64,000 nt of DNA from Somniosus microcephalus. Its lineage: Eukaryota. A program made the translations under genes and the position numbers. The notes beneath the pieces are model-generated. The model was given only the letters and a program-made list of their open reading frames with translations, searched no databases and was not told the DNA's origin. Location of the stretch: the NCBI GenBank assembly GCA_052327205.1, contig CM126232.1:9982001-10046000 (forward strand). The letters are read 5' to 3'. Below, in pieces: positions 12,601 through 27,600 of the stretch. Position 1 is the first letter of the stretch, and the number at the start of each line of letters is the position of its first letter.

Positions 12601-15600
12601 AATGTTGGGGATGGGATGGATTTAGTGATGGGGAAGGGATGGAGTTAGTGATGTGGAAGGGGTGGAGTTAGTGATCGGGAAGCGATGGAGTTTATGATGG
12701 GGAAGGGATGGAGTCAGTGATGGGGAAGGGATGTAGATAGTGATGGGGAAGGGATGGAGTTAGTGATGTGGAAGGGACATGGTTAGTGATGGGGAAGGGA
12801 TGGAGTTAGTGATGCGGACGGATGGAGTTAGTGTTGGGGATGGGATGGATTTAGTGATGGGGAAGGAATGGAGTTCGTGAATGGGGAACGGATGGAGTTA
12901 GTGATGGGAAGGGATGGAGTTAGTGATGGGGAATGGATAGAGTTCATGATGGTGAAGGAATGGAATTAGTGATGGGGAAGGGATGGAGTTAGTCATGGGG
13001 AAGGCATGGAGTTAGTGATGGTGTAAGGACAGATTTAATGATGGGGAAGGGTTGGTTTTAGTGATGGGGAAGTGTTGGAGTTAGTGATTGGGAAGGGATT
13101 TAGTTCGTGATGGGAAGGGATGGAGTTAGTGATGGGGAAGGGATGGAGTTAGTGATGGGGAAGGGATGGAGTTAGTGATGGGGAAGGGATGGAGTTAGTG
13201 ATGGTGTAAGGACAGATTTATTGATGGGGAAGGGTTGGTTTTAGTGATGGGTAAGGGATGGAGTTAGTGATGCGGAAGGGATGGAGTTAGTGATGGGGAA
13301 GGGATGGAGTTAGTGATGGGGAAGGGATGGAGTTAGTCATGGGGAGGGCATGGAGTTAGTCATGGGGAGGGCATGGAGTTAGTGATGGTGAAGGGATGGA
13401 GTTAGTGATGGGGAAGGGATGGAGTTAGTGATGGTGTAAGGCCAGATTTAATGATGGGGAAGGGTTGGTTTTAGTGATGGGGAAGGGTTGGAGTTAGTGA
13501 TTGGGAAGGGATTTAGTGAGTGATGGGAAGGAATGGCGTTACTGATGGGGAAGGGATGGAGTTAGTGATGGGGAAGGGATGGAGTTATTGATGGGAAGGG
13601 ATGGAGTTAATGATGGGAAGGGATGGAGTTAGTGATGGGGAAGAGATGGAGTTAGTGATGGGGAAGGGATGGAGTTAGTGATGGGAAGGGATGAAGTTAG
13701 TGATGGGGAAGGGATGGAGTTAGTGATGGGGAATGCACGCAGTTAGTGATGGGGAAGGGATGGAGTTAGTGATGGGGAAGAGATGGAGTTAGTGATGGGG
13801 AAGGGATGGAGTTAGTGATGGGAAGGGATGGAGTTAGTGATGGGGAAGGGATGGAGTTAGTGATGGGGAATGCACGCAGTTAGTGATGGGGAAGGGATGG
13901 AGTTAATGATGGTGAAGGGATGGAGTTAATGATGGGGATGGGATGGATTTAGTGATGGGGAAGGGATGGCGTTAGTGATGTGGAAGGGGTGGAGTTAGTG
14001 ATCGGGAAGGGATGGAGTTTATGATGGGGAAGGGATGGAGTCAGTGATGGGGAAGGGATGTAGATAGTGATGGGGAATGCACGCAGTTAGTGATGGGGAA
14101 GGGATGGAGTTAGTGATGGGGAAGGGATGGAGTTAGTGATGGGGAAGAGATGGAGTTAGTGATGGGGAAGGGATGGAGTTAGTGATGGGGAAGGGATGGA
14201 GTTAGTGATGGGGAAGAGATGGAGTTAGTGATGGGGAAGGGATGGAGTTAGTGATGGGAAGGGATGGAGTTAGTGATGGGGAAGGGATGGAGTTAGTGAT
14301 GGGGAAGGGATGGAGTTAGTGATGGGGAATGCACGCAGTTAGTGATGGGGAAGGGATGGAGTTAATGATGGGGAAGGGATGGAGTTAATGTTGGGGATGG
14401 GATGGATTTAGTGATGGGGAAGGGATGGAGTTAGTGATGTGGAAGGGGTGGAGTTAGTGATCGGGAAGCGATGGAGTTTATGATGGGGAAGGGATGGAGT
14501 CAGTGATGGGGAAGGGATGTAGATAGTGATGGGGAAGGGATGGAGTTAGTGATGTGGAAGGGACATGGTTAGTGATGGGGAAGGGATGGAGTTAGTGATG
14601 CGGACGGATGGAGTTAGTGTTGGGGATGGGATGGATTTAGTGATGGGGAAGGAATGGAGTTCGTGAATGGGGAACGGATGGAGTTAGTGATGGGAAGGGA
14701 TGGAGTTAGTGATGGGGAATGGATAGAGTTCATGATGGTGAAGGAATGGAATTAGTGATGGGGAAGGGATGGAGTTAGTCATGGGGAAGGCATGGAGTTA
14801 GTGATGGTGTAAGGACAGATTTAATGATGGGGAAGGGTTGGTTTTAGTGATGGGGAAGTGTTGGAGTTAGTGATTGGGAAGGGATTTAGTTCGTGATGGG
14901 AAGGGATGGAGTTAGTGATGGGGAAGGGATGGAGTTAGTGATGGGGAAGGGATGGAGTTAGTGATGGGGAAGGGATGGAGTTAGTGATGGTGTAAGGACA
15001 GATTTATTGATGGGGAAGGGTTGGTTTTAGTGATGGGTAAGGGATGGAGTTAGTGATGGGGAAGGGATGGAGTTAGTGATGGGGAAGGGATGGAGTTAGT
15101 GATGGGGAAGGGATGGAGTTAGTGATGGGGAAGGGATGGAGTTAGTCATGGGGAAGGCATGGAGTTAGTGATGGTGAAGGGATGGAGTTAGTGATGGGGA
15201 AGGGATGGAGTTAGTGATGGTGTAAGGACAGATTTAGTGATGGGGAAGGGTTGGTTTTAGTGATGGGGAAGGGTTGGAGTTAGTGATTGGGAAGGGATTT
15301 AGTTAGTGATGGGAAGGGATGGATTTAGTGATGGGGAAGTGATGCAGTTCGTGATGGGGAAGGGATGGAGTTAGTGATGGGGAAGGGATGGAGTTAGTGA
15401 TGGGAAGGGATGGAGTTAATGATGGGGATGGGATGGATTTAGTGATGGGGAAGGGATGGAGTTAGTGCTGGGAAAGTGATACAGTTAGTGATGTGGAAGG
15501 GATAGATTAGTGATGTGGAAGGGATGGAGTTTATGATGGGGAAGGGATGGAGATAGAGATGGGGAAGGGATGGAGTTCGTGATGGGAAGGAATGGAGTTA

Positions 15601-18600
15601 GTGATGGGGAAGGAATGGAGTCAATGATAGGGAAGGGATGGAGTCAGTGATGGGGAAGGGATGTAGTTCGTGATGGGGAAGGGATGGAGTTAGTGATGTG
15701 GAAGGGACATGGTTAGTGATGGTGAAGGGATGGAGTTAGTGATGGGGATTGGATGGAGTTAGTGATGGGGAAGGGATGGAGTTAGTGATGGGGAAGGGAC
15801 AGAGTTAGTGATAGGGAAGGGATGGAGTGGGTGATGGGGAAGGGAAGGAGTTAGTGATGGGGAAGGGATCGAGCTGGTGATGGGAAGGGATGGCGTTAGT
15901 GATGGGAAACGGATGGAGCTGGTGATGGGGAAGTGATGGAGTAACTAATGAGGAAGGGATGGAGCTAGTGATGAGAAAGGGGTGAATTTACTGATGGGGA
16001 AGGGATGGAGTTAGTGATGGGGAAGGAATGGAGTTAGTGTTGGGGAAGGGATGGAGTTAGTGATTGGGAAGGGATGGAGTTAGTGATGGAGAAGGGATGG
16101 AGTTAGTGATGGGGAAGCGATGGATTTAGTGATGGGGAAGGGATGGAGTTAGTGATTGGGAAGGGATGGAGTTAGTGATGGAGAAGGGATGGAGTTAGTG
16201 ATGGGGAAGGGGTGGAGTTAGTGATGGGGAAGGGATGGATTTAGTGATGGTGTAAGGACAGATTTAGTGATGGGGAAGGGTTGGTTTTAGTGATGGGGAA
16301 GGGATGGAGTAAGTGATGGGGAAGGGATGGAGTTAGTGATGGGAAGGGATGGAGTTAGTGATGGGGAAGGGATGGAGTTAGTGATGGGGAAGGGATGGAG
16401 TTAGTGATGGGGAAGGGATGGAGTTAGTGATGGGGAAGGGATGGAGTTAGTGATGGTGTAATGACAGATTTAGTGATGGGGAAGGGTTGGTTTTAGTGAT
16501 GGGGAATGAATGGAGTTAGTGATGGGGAAGGGATGGATTTAGTGATGGGGAAGGGATGGAGTTAGTGATGGGGAAGGGATGGAGTTAGTGTTGGGGAAGG
16601 GATGGAGTTAGTGATGGGAAAGGGATGGAGTTAGTGATGGGGAAGGGATGGAGTTAGTGATGGGAAGGAATGGAGTTAGAGATAGGGATCGGATGGAGTT
16701 AGTGATGGGGAAGGGATGGATTTAGTGATGGGGAAGGAATGGAGTTAGTGATGGGAAGGAATGGAGTTAGAGATAGGGATCGGATGGAGTTAGTGATGGG
16801 GAAGGGATGGATTTAGTGATGGGGAAGGGATTGATTTAGTGATGGGGAAGGGATGGAGTTAGTGATGGGGAAGCGATGGAGTTAGTGATGGGGAAGGGAT
16901 GGAGTTAGTGATGGGGAAGGAATGTAGTTAGCGATGGGGAAGGGATGGAGTTAGTGATGGGGAAGGGATGGAGTTAGTGATGCGGAAGGGATGGAGTTAA
17001 TGATGGGGAAGTGTTGGAGTTAATGATGGGGATGGGATGGATTTAGTGATGGGGAAGGGATGGAGTTAGTGTTGGGAATAGGATGCAGTTAGTGATGTGG
17101 AAGGGATGGAGTTCGTGATGGGACAGGGATGGAGTTAGTGATGGGAAGGGATGGACTAAGTGATGGGGAAGGGATGGAGTTAGTGATGGGGAAGTGATGG
17201 ATTTAGTGATGGGGAAGGGATGGAATTAGTGATTGGACCGTAATGGAGTTAATGATGGGGAAGTGATGGAGTTAGTGATCGGGAAGTGATGGAGTTAGTG
17301 ATGGGGCAGGGATGCAGTCAGTAATGGGGAAGGGATGGAGTTAGTGATGGGGAAATGATTGTGTTCAGGATGGGGAAGGGATGGAATTCGTGATGGGGAA
17401 GGGATGGAGTTAGTGATGGGGAATGGATGGAATTAGTGATGGGGAAGTGATGGTGAAGGGATAGAGTTATTGATGGGGAAATGATGGAGATAGTGATGGG
17501 GAAAGGATGGAGTTAGTGATGGGCAAACGATGGAGTTCATGATGGCGAAGGGGTGGAGTTAGTGATGGGGAAGGGATGGAGTTCGTGATGGGGAAGGGAT
17601 TGATTTAGTGATGGGGAAGGGATGGAGTTAGTGATGGGAAGGAATGGAGTTAGTGATGGGGAAGGGATGGAGTTAGTGATGGGGAAGGAATGTAGTTAGC
17701 GATGGGGAAGGGATGGAGTTAGTGATGGGGAAGGGATGGAGTTAGTGATGCGGAAGGGATGGAGTTAATGATGGGGAAGTGTTGGAGTTAATGATGGGGA
17801 TGGGATGGATTTAGTGATGGGGAAGGGATGGAGTTAGTGATGGGAATAGGATGCAGTTAGTGATGTGGAAGGGATGGAGTTAGTGATGGGACAGGGATGG
17901 AGTTAGTGATGGGAAGGGATGGACTAAGTGATGGGGAAGGGATGGAGTTAGTGATGGGGAAGTGATGGATTTAGTGATCGGGAAGTGATGGAGTTAGTGA
18001 TGGGGCAGGGATGCATTCAGTAATGGGTAAGGGATGGAGTTAGTGATGGGGAAATGATTGTGTTCAGGATGGGGAAGGGATGGAGTTCGTGATGGGGAAG
18101 GGATGGAGTTAGTGATGGGGAATGGATGGAATTAGTGATGGGGAAGTGATGGTGAAGGGATAGAGTTACTGATGGGGAAATGATGGAGATAGTGATGGGG
18201 AAAGGATGGAGTTAGTGATGGGCAAACGATGGAGTTCATGATGGCGAAGGGGTGGAGTTAATGATGGGAAGGGATGGAGTTAGTGATGGGATGGTTCGGA
18301 GTTAGTGATGGGGAAGGGATGGAGTCAGTGATGGGGAAGGAATGGATTTAGTGATGGGGAAGGGATGGAGGTACTGATGCGGCAGGAATGGAGTTAGTGA
18401 TGGAGAAGGGATGGAGTCAGTGATGGGGAAGGGTTGGAGTTAGTGATGGGGCAGGAATGGAGTTAGTGATGGGGACGGGATGGAGTCAGTGATGGGGAAG
18501 GAATGGATTTAGTGATGGGGAAGGGATGGAATCAGTGATGGGGAAGGGATGGAGTAAGTAATGGGAAAGGGATGGAGAAAATGATGGGGTAGGGATGGAG

Positions 18601-21600
18601 TTACTGATGGAGAAGTGATGGAGATAGTGATGGGGAAGGGATGGAGTTAATGATGGGAAAGGGATGGAATTAATGACCAGGGAAGGGATGGAGTTAATGA
18701 TGGGGAAGGGATGGAGTTAATGATGGGGAAGGGATGGAGTTAATGATGGGAAAGGGATGGAGTTAGTGATGGGGAAGGGATGGAGTGAGTGATGGGACAG
18801 GGATGGAGTAAGTGATGGGAAGGGATGGAGTTGGTGTTGGGACAGGGATGGAGTAAGTGATGGGGAAGGGATGGAGTTAGTGATGGGAAAGGGATGGAGT
18901 TAGTGATGGGGATGGGATGGAGTTAGTGATGGGTAAGCGAAGGAGTTAGTGATGGGGAAGGGATGGATTTAGTGATGGGCAAGGAATGGAGTTATTGATG
19001 GGGAAGGGATGGAGTTAGTGATGGGATGGTTTGGAGTTAGTAATGGGGAAGTGATGGAGTTAGTGATGGGGATGGGATGGCGTTACTGATGGGGCAGGAA
19101 TGGCGTTAGTGATGGGGAAAGGATGGAGTCAGTGATGGGGAAAAAATGGAGTTAGTGATGGGCAAACGATGGAGTTCATGATGGCGAAGGGATGGAGTTA
19201 GTGATGGGGAATGGATGGAGTTAGTGATGGGATGGTTCGGAGTTAGTAATGGGGAAGTGATGGAGTTAGTGATGGGGATGGGATGGCGTTACTGATGGGG
19301 CAGGAATGGAGTTAGTGATGGGGAAAGGATGGAGTCAGTGATGGGGAAAGAATGGAGTTAGTGATGGGCAAACGATGGAGTTCATGATGGCGAAGGGATG
19401 GAGTTAGTGATGGGGATGGGATGGAGTTAGTGATGGATAAGCGAAGGAGTTAGTGATGGGGAAGGGATGGATTTAGTGATGGGGAAGGAATGTAGTTATT
19501 GATGGGGAAGGGATGGAGTTAGTGATGGGATGGTTTGGAGTTAGTGATGGGGAAGGGATGGAATTAGTGATTGGACCGTAATGGAGTTAATGATGGGGAA
19601 GTGATGGAGTTAGCGATCGGGAAGTGATGGTGAAGGGATAGAGTTACTGATGGGGAAATGATGGAGATAGTGATGGGGAAAGGATGGAGTTAGTGATGGG
19701 CAAATGATGGAGTTCGTGATGGGGAAGGGATGGAGTTAGTGATGGAGAATGGATGGAGTTAGTGATGGGATGGTTTGGAGTTAGTGATGGGGAAGGGATG
19801 GAGTTAGTGATGGGATGGTTTGGAGTTAGTGATGGGGAAGGGATGGAGTCAGTGATGGGGAAGGAATGGATTTAGTGATGAGGAAGGGATGGAGTTACTG
19901 ATGGGGCAGGAATGGAGTTAGTGATGGGGAAGGGATGGAGTTAGTGATGGGGCAGGAATGGATTTAGTGATGGGGACGGGATGGAGTCAGTGATGGGGAA
20001 GGAATGGATTTAGTGATGGGGAAGGGATGGAATCAGTGATGGGGAAGGGATGGAGTAAGTAATGGGGAAGGGATGGAGAAAATGATGGGGAAGGGATGGA
20101 TTTAGTGCTCGGGAAGGGATGGATTTAGTCATGGGGAAGGGATGGAGTTAGTGATGGGGAAGGGATGGAGTTACTGATGGAGAAGTGATGGAGATAGTGA
20201 TGGGGAAGGGTTGGAGTTAATGATGGGGAAGGGATGGAGTTAATGATGGGGAAGGGATGGAGTTAGTGATGGGGAAGAGATGGAGTTAGTGATGGGCAAA
20301 CGATGGAGTTCATGATGGCGAAGGGATGGAGTTAGTGATGGGGAATGGATGGAGTTAGTGATGGGATGGTTCGGAGTTAGTAATGGGGAAGTGATGGAGT
20401 TAGTGATGGGGATGGGATGGCGTTACTGATGGGGCAGGAATGGAGTTAGTGATGGGGAAAGGATGGAGTCAGTGATGGGGAAAGAATGGAGTTAGTGATG
20501 GGCAAACGATGGAGTTCATGATGGCGAAGGGATGGAGTTAGTGATGGGGATGGGATGGAGTTAGTGATGGATAAGCGAAGGAGTTAGTGATGGGGAAGGG
20601 ATGGATTTAGTGATGGGGAAGGAATGTAGTTATTGATGGGGAAGGGATGGAGTTAGTGATGGGATGGTTTGGAGTTAGTGATGGGGAAGGGATGGAATTA
20701 GTGATTGGACCGTAATGGAGTTAATGATGGGGAAGTGATGGAGTTAGCGATCGGGAAGTGATGGTGAAGGGATAGAGTTACTGATGGGGAAATGATGGAG
20801 ATAGTGATGGGGAAAGGATGGAGTTAGTGATGGGCAAATGATGGAGTTCGTGATGGGGAAGGGATGGAGTTAGTGATGGAGAATGGATGGAGTTAGTGAT
20901 GGGATGGTTTGGAGTTAGTGATGGGGAAGGGATGGAGTTAGTGATGGGATGGTTTGGAGTTAGTGATGGGGAAGGGATGGAGTCAGTGATGGGGAAGGAA
21001 TGGATTTAGTGATGAGGAAGGGATGGAGTTACTGATGGGGCAGGAATGGAGTTAGTGATGGGGAAGGGATGGAGTTAGTGATGGGGCAGGAATGGATTTA
21101 GTGATGGGGACGGGATGGAGTCAGTGATGGGGAAGGAATGGATTTAGTGATGGGGAAGGGATGGAATCAGTGATGGGGAAGGGATGGAGTAAGTAATGGG
21201 GAAGGGATGGAGAAAATGATGGGGAAGGGATGGATTTAGTGCTCGGGAAGGGATGGATTTAGTCATGGGGAAGGGATGGAGTTAGTGATGGGGAAGGGAT
21301 GGAGTTACTGATGGAGAAGTGATGGAGATAGTGATGGGGAAGGGTTGGAGTTAATGATGGGGAAGGGATGGAGTTAATGATGGGGAAGGGATGGAGTTAG
21401 TGATGGGGAAGAGATGGAGTTAGTGATGGGCAAACGATGGAGTTCATGATGGCGAAGGGATGGAGTTAGTGATGGGGAATGGATGGAGTTAGTGATGGGA
21501 TGGTTCGGAGTTAGTAATGGGGAAGTGATGGAGTTAGTGATGGGGATGGGATGGCGTTACTGATGGGGCAGGAATGGAGTTAGTGATGGGGAAAGGATGG

Positions 21601-24600
21601 AGTCAGTGATGGGGAAAGAATGGAGTTAGTGATGGGCAAACGATGGAGTTCATGATGGCGAAGGGATGGAGTTAGTGATGGGGATGGGATGGAGTTAGTG
21701 ATGGATAAGCGAAGGAGTTAGTGATGGGGAAGGGATGGATTTAGTGATGGGGAAGGAATGTAGTTATTGATGGGGAAGGGATGGAGTTAGTGATGGGATG
21801 GTTTGGAGTTAGTGATGGGGAAGGGATGGAATTAGTGATTGGACCGTAATGGAGTTAATGATGGGGAAGTGATGGAGTTAGCGATCGGGAAGTGATGGTG
21901 AAGGGATAGAGTTACTGATGGGGAAATGATGGAGATAGTGATGGGGAAAGGATGGAGTTAGTGATGGGCAAATGATGGAGTTCGTGATGGGGAAGGGATG
22001 GAGTTAGTGATGGAGAATGGATGGAGTTAGTGATGGGATGGTTTGGAGTTAGTGATGGGGAAGGGATGGAGTTAGTGATGGGATGGTTTGGAGTTAGTGA
22101 TGGGGAAGGGATGGAGTCAGTGATGGGGAAGGAATGGATTTAGTGATGAGGAAGGGATGGAGTTACTGATGGGGCAGGAATGGAGTTAGTGATGGGGAAG
22201 GGATGGAGTTAGTGATGGGGCAGGAATGGATTTAGTGATGGGGACGGGATGGAGTCAGTGATGGGGAAGGAATGGATTTAGTGATGGGGAAGGGATGGAA
22301 TCAGTGATGGGGAAGGGATGGAGTAAGTAATGGGGAAGGGATGGAGAAAATGATGGGGAAGGGATGGATTTAGTTCTCGGGAAGGGATGGATTTAGTCAT
22401 GGGGAAGGGATGGAGTTAGTGATGGGGAAGGGATGGAGTTACTGATGGAGAAGTGATGGAGATAGTGATGGGGAAGGGTTGGAGTTAATGATGGGGAAGG
22501 GATGGAGTTAATGATGGGGAAGGGATGGAGTTAGTGATGGGGAAGAGATGGAGTGAGTGATGGGACAGGGATGGAGTAAGTGATGGGGATGGGATGGAGT
22601 TAGTGATGGGGAAGCGAAGGAGTTAGTGATGGGGAAGGGATGGAGTTAGTGATGGGGAAGGGATGGAGTTAGTGATGGGGAAGGGATGGAGTTAGTGATG
22701 GGGAAGGGATGGAGTTAGTGATGGGGAAGGGCTGGAGTTAGTGATGGGGAAGGGATGGAGTTAGTGATGGGGAAGGGGCGGAGTTAGTGATGGGGAAGAG
22801 ACGGAGTTAGTGATGGGGAAGGGATTGAGTTCGTGATGGGGAAGGGATGGAGTTAGTGATGGGGAAGGGATGGAGTTAGTGATGGGGAAGGGAGGGAGTT
22901 AGTGATGGGGAAGGGGCGGAGTTAGTGATGGGGAAGAGACGGAGTTAGTGATGGGGAAGGGAGTCAGTTAGTGATGGGGAAGGGATGGAGTTAGTTGTGG
23001 GGAAGGGATGGATTTAGTGATGGGGAAGGCATGGATTCAGTCATGGGGAAGGGATGGTGTTATTGATGGGGATGTGATGGTGTTAGTGGTGGGGAAGGGA
23101 TGGGTTTAGTGATGGGACTGGGATGGAGTTCGTGATGGGGAAGAAATGGAGATGGTGATGGGGAAGTGATGGAGGTAGTGGTGGGGAAGGGATGGATCTC
23201 ATGTTGGAAAAGGGATGATGTTAGTGATGGGGAAGGAATGGATTTAGTAATGGTGAAGGGATGGAGTTGTTGACGGCGAAGCGATGGAGTTAGTGATGGG
23301 GCCGGGATGGAGTTAGTGATGAGGAAGAGATGCAGTTAATGATGAGGACGAGATGGAGTTAGTGATGGGGAAGGGATGGAGTTAGTGATGGGGAAGGGAA
23401 GGATTTAGTGATGGGGAAGGGAAGGAGTTACTAATGGGGAAGGGATGGAGTTAGTGATGGGGAAGGGATGGAGATAGTGATGGGGACGGGATGGATTTAC
23501 TGATGGGGCAGGAATGGAATTAGTGATGGGGAAAGGATGGAGTAAGTGATGGTGAAGGGATGGAGTTAGTGATGGGGAAGGGAAGGATTTAGTGATGGGG
23601 AAGGGAAGGAGTTACTGATGGGGAAGGGATGGAGTTAGTGATGGGGAAGGGATGGAGATAGTGATGGGGATGGGATGGAGTTACTGATGGGGAAGGGAAG
23701 GAGTTAGTGATGGGGAAAGGATGGAGTCAGTGATGGGGAAGGGATGGAGTTAGTGATGGGGAAGGGATGGAGTTAGTGATGGGGAAGGGATTGATTTAGT
23801 GATGGGGAAGGGATGGAGTTAGTGATGGGGAAGGGATGGAGTGAGTGATGGGACAGGGATGGATGAAGTGATGGGAAGGGATGGAGTTGGTGATGGGTAT
23901 GGGAAGGAGTTAGTGATGGGGAAGTGATGGAGTTAGTGATGGTAACTTCGATGGAGTTAGTGATGTGGTAGGGATGGATTTAGTGATGGGGAACGGATGG
24001 AGTTATAGATAGGGAAAGGGTGGAGTTAGTGATGGGGAAGGGATGGAGTTAGTGATGGTAACTGCGATGGAGTTTGTGATGTGGTAGGGATGGATTTAGT
24101 GATGGGGAAGGGATGGAGTCAGTGATGGGGAAGGGAAGGAGTTAGTGATGGGGAAGGGATGCAGTTAGTGATGGGGATGGGATGGAGTTAGTGATGGGGA
24201 AGGAATGGAGTTAGTGATGGGAAGAAATGGAATTTGTGATGGGGAAGGGATGGAGTTAGTGTTGCGGAAGCGATGGAGTTAGTGATGGGGAAGGGATGGA
24301 TTTAGTGATGGGGAAGGGATGGAGTTAGGGATGGGGAAGGGATGGATTTAGTGATGGGGAAGGGATGGAGTTAGTGATGGGGAAAGGATGGATTTAGTGA
24401 TGGGGAAGGGATGGAGTTAGTGCTGGGGAAGGGATGGATTTAGTGATGGGGAAGGGATGGAGTTCGTGATGGGGAAGGGATGAGTTAGTGATGGGGAAGG
24501 GATGGAGTTAGTAATGGGGAAGGGAAGGAGTAAGTGATGGGGAAGGGATGGAGTTAATGATGGGGAAGGGATGGAGTTAGTGATGGGGAAGGGATGGAGT

Positions 24601-27600
24601 TAGTGATGGGGAAGTGATGGAGTTAGTGATGGGGAAGGGATGGAGTTAGTGATGGGACATGGATGGATTAAGTGATGGGAAGGGATGGAGGTATTGATGG
24701 GGAAAGGGTGGAGTTAGTGATGGGGAAGGGATGGAGTTAGTGATGGTAACAGCGATGGGATTTGTGATGTGGTAGGGATGGATTTAGTGATGGGGAAGGG
24801 ATGGAGTCAGTGATGGGGAAGGGATGGAGTTAGTGATGGGGAAGGGATGGAGTTAGTGATGGGGAAGGGATGGAGTTAGTGATGGGGAAGGGATGGAGTT
24901 AGTGATGGGGAAGTGATGGAGTTAGTGATGGGGAACCGAAGGAGTTAGTGATGGGAAGGAATGGCGTTAATGATGGGGAAGGGATGGAGTTGGTGATGGG
25001 ACATGGATGGACTAAGTGATGGGGAAGGGATGGAGTTAGTGATGGGGAAGTAATGGATTTAGTGATGGGGAAGGGATGGAATTAGTGATTGGACCGTAAT
25101 GGAGTTAATGATGGGGAAGTGATGGAGTTAGCGATCGGGAAGTGATGGTGAAGGGATAGAGTTACTGATGGGGAAATGATGGAGATAGTGATGGGGAAAG
25201 GATGGAGTTAGTGATGGGCAAATGATGGAGTTCGTGATGGGGAAGGGATGGATTTAGTGATGGGGAAGGGATGGAGTTAGTGATGGGGAAGGGATGGAGT
25301 GAGTGATGGGACAGGGATGGATGAAGTGATGGGAAGGGATGGAGTTGGTGATGGGTATGGGAAGGAGTTAGTGATGGGGAAGTGATGGAGTTAGTGATGG
25401 TAACTTCGATGGAGTTAGTGATGTGGTAGGGATGGATTTAGTGATGGGGAACGGATGGAGTTATAGATGGGGAAAGGGTGGAGTTAGTGATGGGGAAGGG
25501 ATGGAGTTAGTGATGGTAACTGCGATGGAGTTTGTGATGTGGTAGGGATGGATTTAGTGATGGGGAAGGGATGGAGTCAGTGATGGGGAAGGGAAGGAGT
25601 TAGTGATGGGGAAGGGATGCAGTTAGTGATGGGGATGGGATGGAGTTAGTGATGGGGAAGGAATGGAGTTAGTGATGGGAAGAAATGGAATTTGTGATGG
25701 GGAAGGGATGGAGTTAGTGTTGCGGAAGCGATGGAGTTAGTGATGGGGAAGGGATGGATTTAGTGATGGGGAAGGGATGGAGTTAGGGATGGGGAAGGGA
25801 TGGATTTAGTGATGGGGAAGGGATGGAGTTAGTGATGGGGAAAGGATGGATTTAGTGATGGGGAAGGGATGGAGTTAGTGCTGGGGAAGGGATGGATTTA
25901 GTGATGGGGAAGGGATGGAGTTCGTGATGGGGAAGGGATGAGTTAGTGATGGGGAAGGGATGGAGTTAGTAATGGGGAAGGGAAGGAGTAAGTGATGGGG
26001 AAGGGATGGAGTTAATGATGGGGAAGGGATGGAGTTAGTGATGGGGAAGGGATGGAGTTAGTGATGGGGAAGTGATGGAGTTAGTGATGGGGAAGGGATG
26101 GAGTTAGTGATGGGACATGGATGGATTAAGTGATGGGAAGGGATGGAGGTATTGATGGGGAAAGGGTGGAGTTAGTGATGGGGAAGGGATGGAGTTAGTG
26201 ATGGTAACAGCGATGGGATTTGTGATGTGGTAGGGATGGATTTAGTGATGGGGAAGGGATGGAGTCAGTGATGGGGAAGGGATGGAGTTAGTGATGGGGA
26301 AGGGATGGAGTTAGTGATGGGGAAGGGATGGAGTTAGTGATGGGGAAGGGATGGAGTTAGTGATGGGGAAGTGATGGAGTTAGTGATGGGGAACCGAAGG
26401 AGTTAGTGATGGGAAGGAATGGCGTTAATGATGGGGAAGGGATGGAGTTGGTGATGGGACATGGATGGACTAAGTGATGGGGAAGGGATGGAGTTAGTGA
26501 TGGGGAAGTGATGGATTTAGTGATGGGGAAGGGATGGAATTAGTGATTGGACCGTAATGGAGTTAATGATGGGGAAGTGATGGAGTTAGCGATCGGGAAG
26601 TGATGGTGAAGGGATAGAGTTACTGATGGGGAAATGATGGAGATAGTGATGGGGAAAGGATGGAGTTAGTGATGGGCAAATGATGGAGTTCGTGATGGGG
26701 AAGGGATGGAGTTAGTGATGGAGAATGGATGGAGTTAGTGATGGGATGGTTTGGAGTTAGTGATGGGGAAGGGATGGAGTTAGTGATGGGATGGTTTGGA
26801 GTTAGTGATGGGGAAGGGATGGAGTCAGTGATGGGGAAGGAATGGATTTAGTGATGAGGAAGGGATGGAGTTACTGATGGGGCAGGAATGGAGTTAGTGA
26901 TGGGGAAGGGATGGAGTTAGTGATGGGGCAGGAATGGATTTAGTGATGGGGACGGGATGGAGTCAGTGATGGGGAAGGAATGGATTTAGTGATGGGGAAG
27001 GGATGGAATCAGTGATGGGGAAGGGATGGGGTAAGTAATGGGGAAGGGATGGAGAAAATGTTGGGGAAGGGATGGATTTAGTGCTCGGGAAGGGATGGAT
27101 TTAGTCATGGGGAAGGGATGGAGTTAGTGATGGGGAAGGGATGGAGTTACTGATGGAGAAGTGATGGAGATAGTGATGGGGAAGGGTTGGAGTTAATGAT
27201 GGGGAAGGGATGGAGTTAATGATGGGGAAGGGATGGAGTTAGTGATGGGGAAGAGATGGAGTGAGTGATGGGACAGGGATGGAGTAAGTGATGGGAAGTG
27301 ATGGATTTGGTGATGGGACAGGGATGGAGTATGTGATGGGAAGGGATGGAGTTAGTGATGGGAAAGGGATGGAGTTAGTGATGGGGATGGGATGGAGTTA
27401 GTGATGGGGAAGCGAAGGAGTTAGTGATGGGGAAGGGATGGAGTTAGTGATGGGGAAGGGATGGAGTTAGTGATGTGGAAGGGATGGAGTTAGTGATGGG
27501 GAAGGGATGGAGTTAGTGATGGGGAAGGGCTGGAGTTAGTGATGGGGAAGGGATGGAGTTAGTGATGGGGAAGGGGCGGAGTTAGTGATGGGGAAGAGAC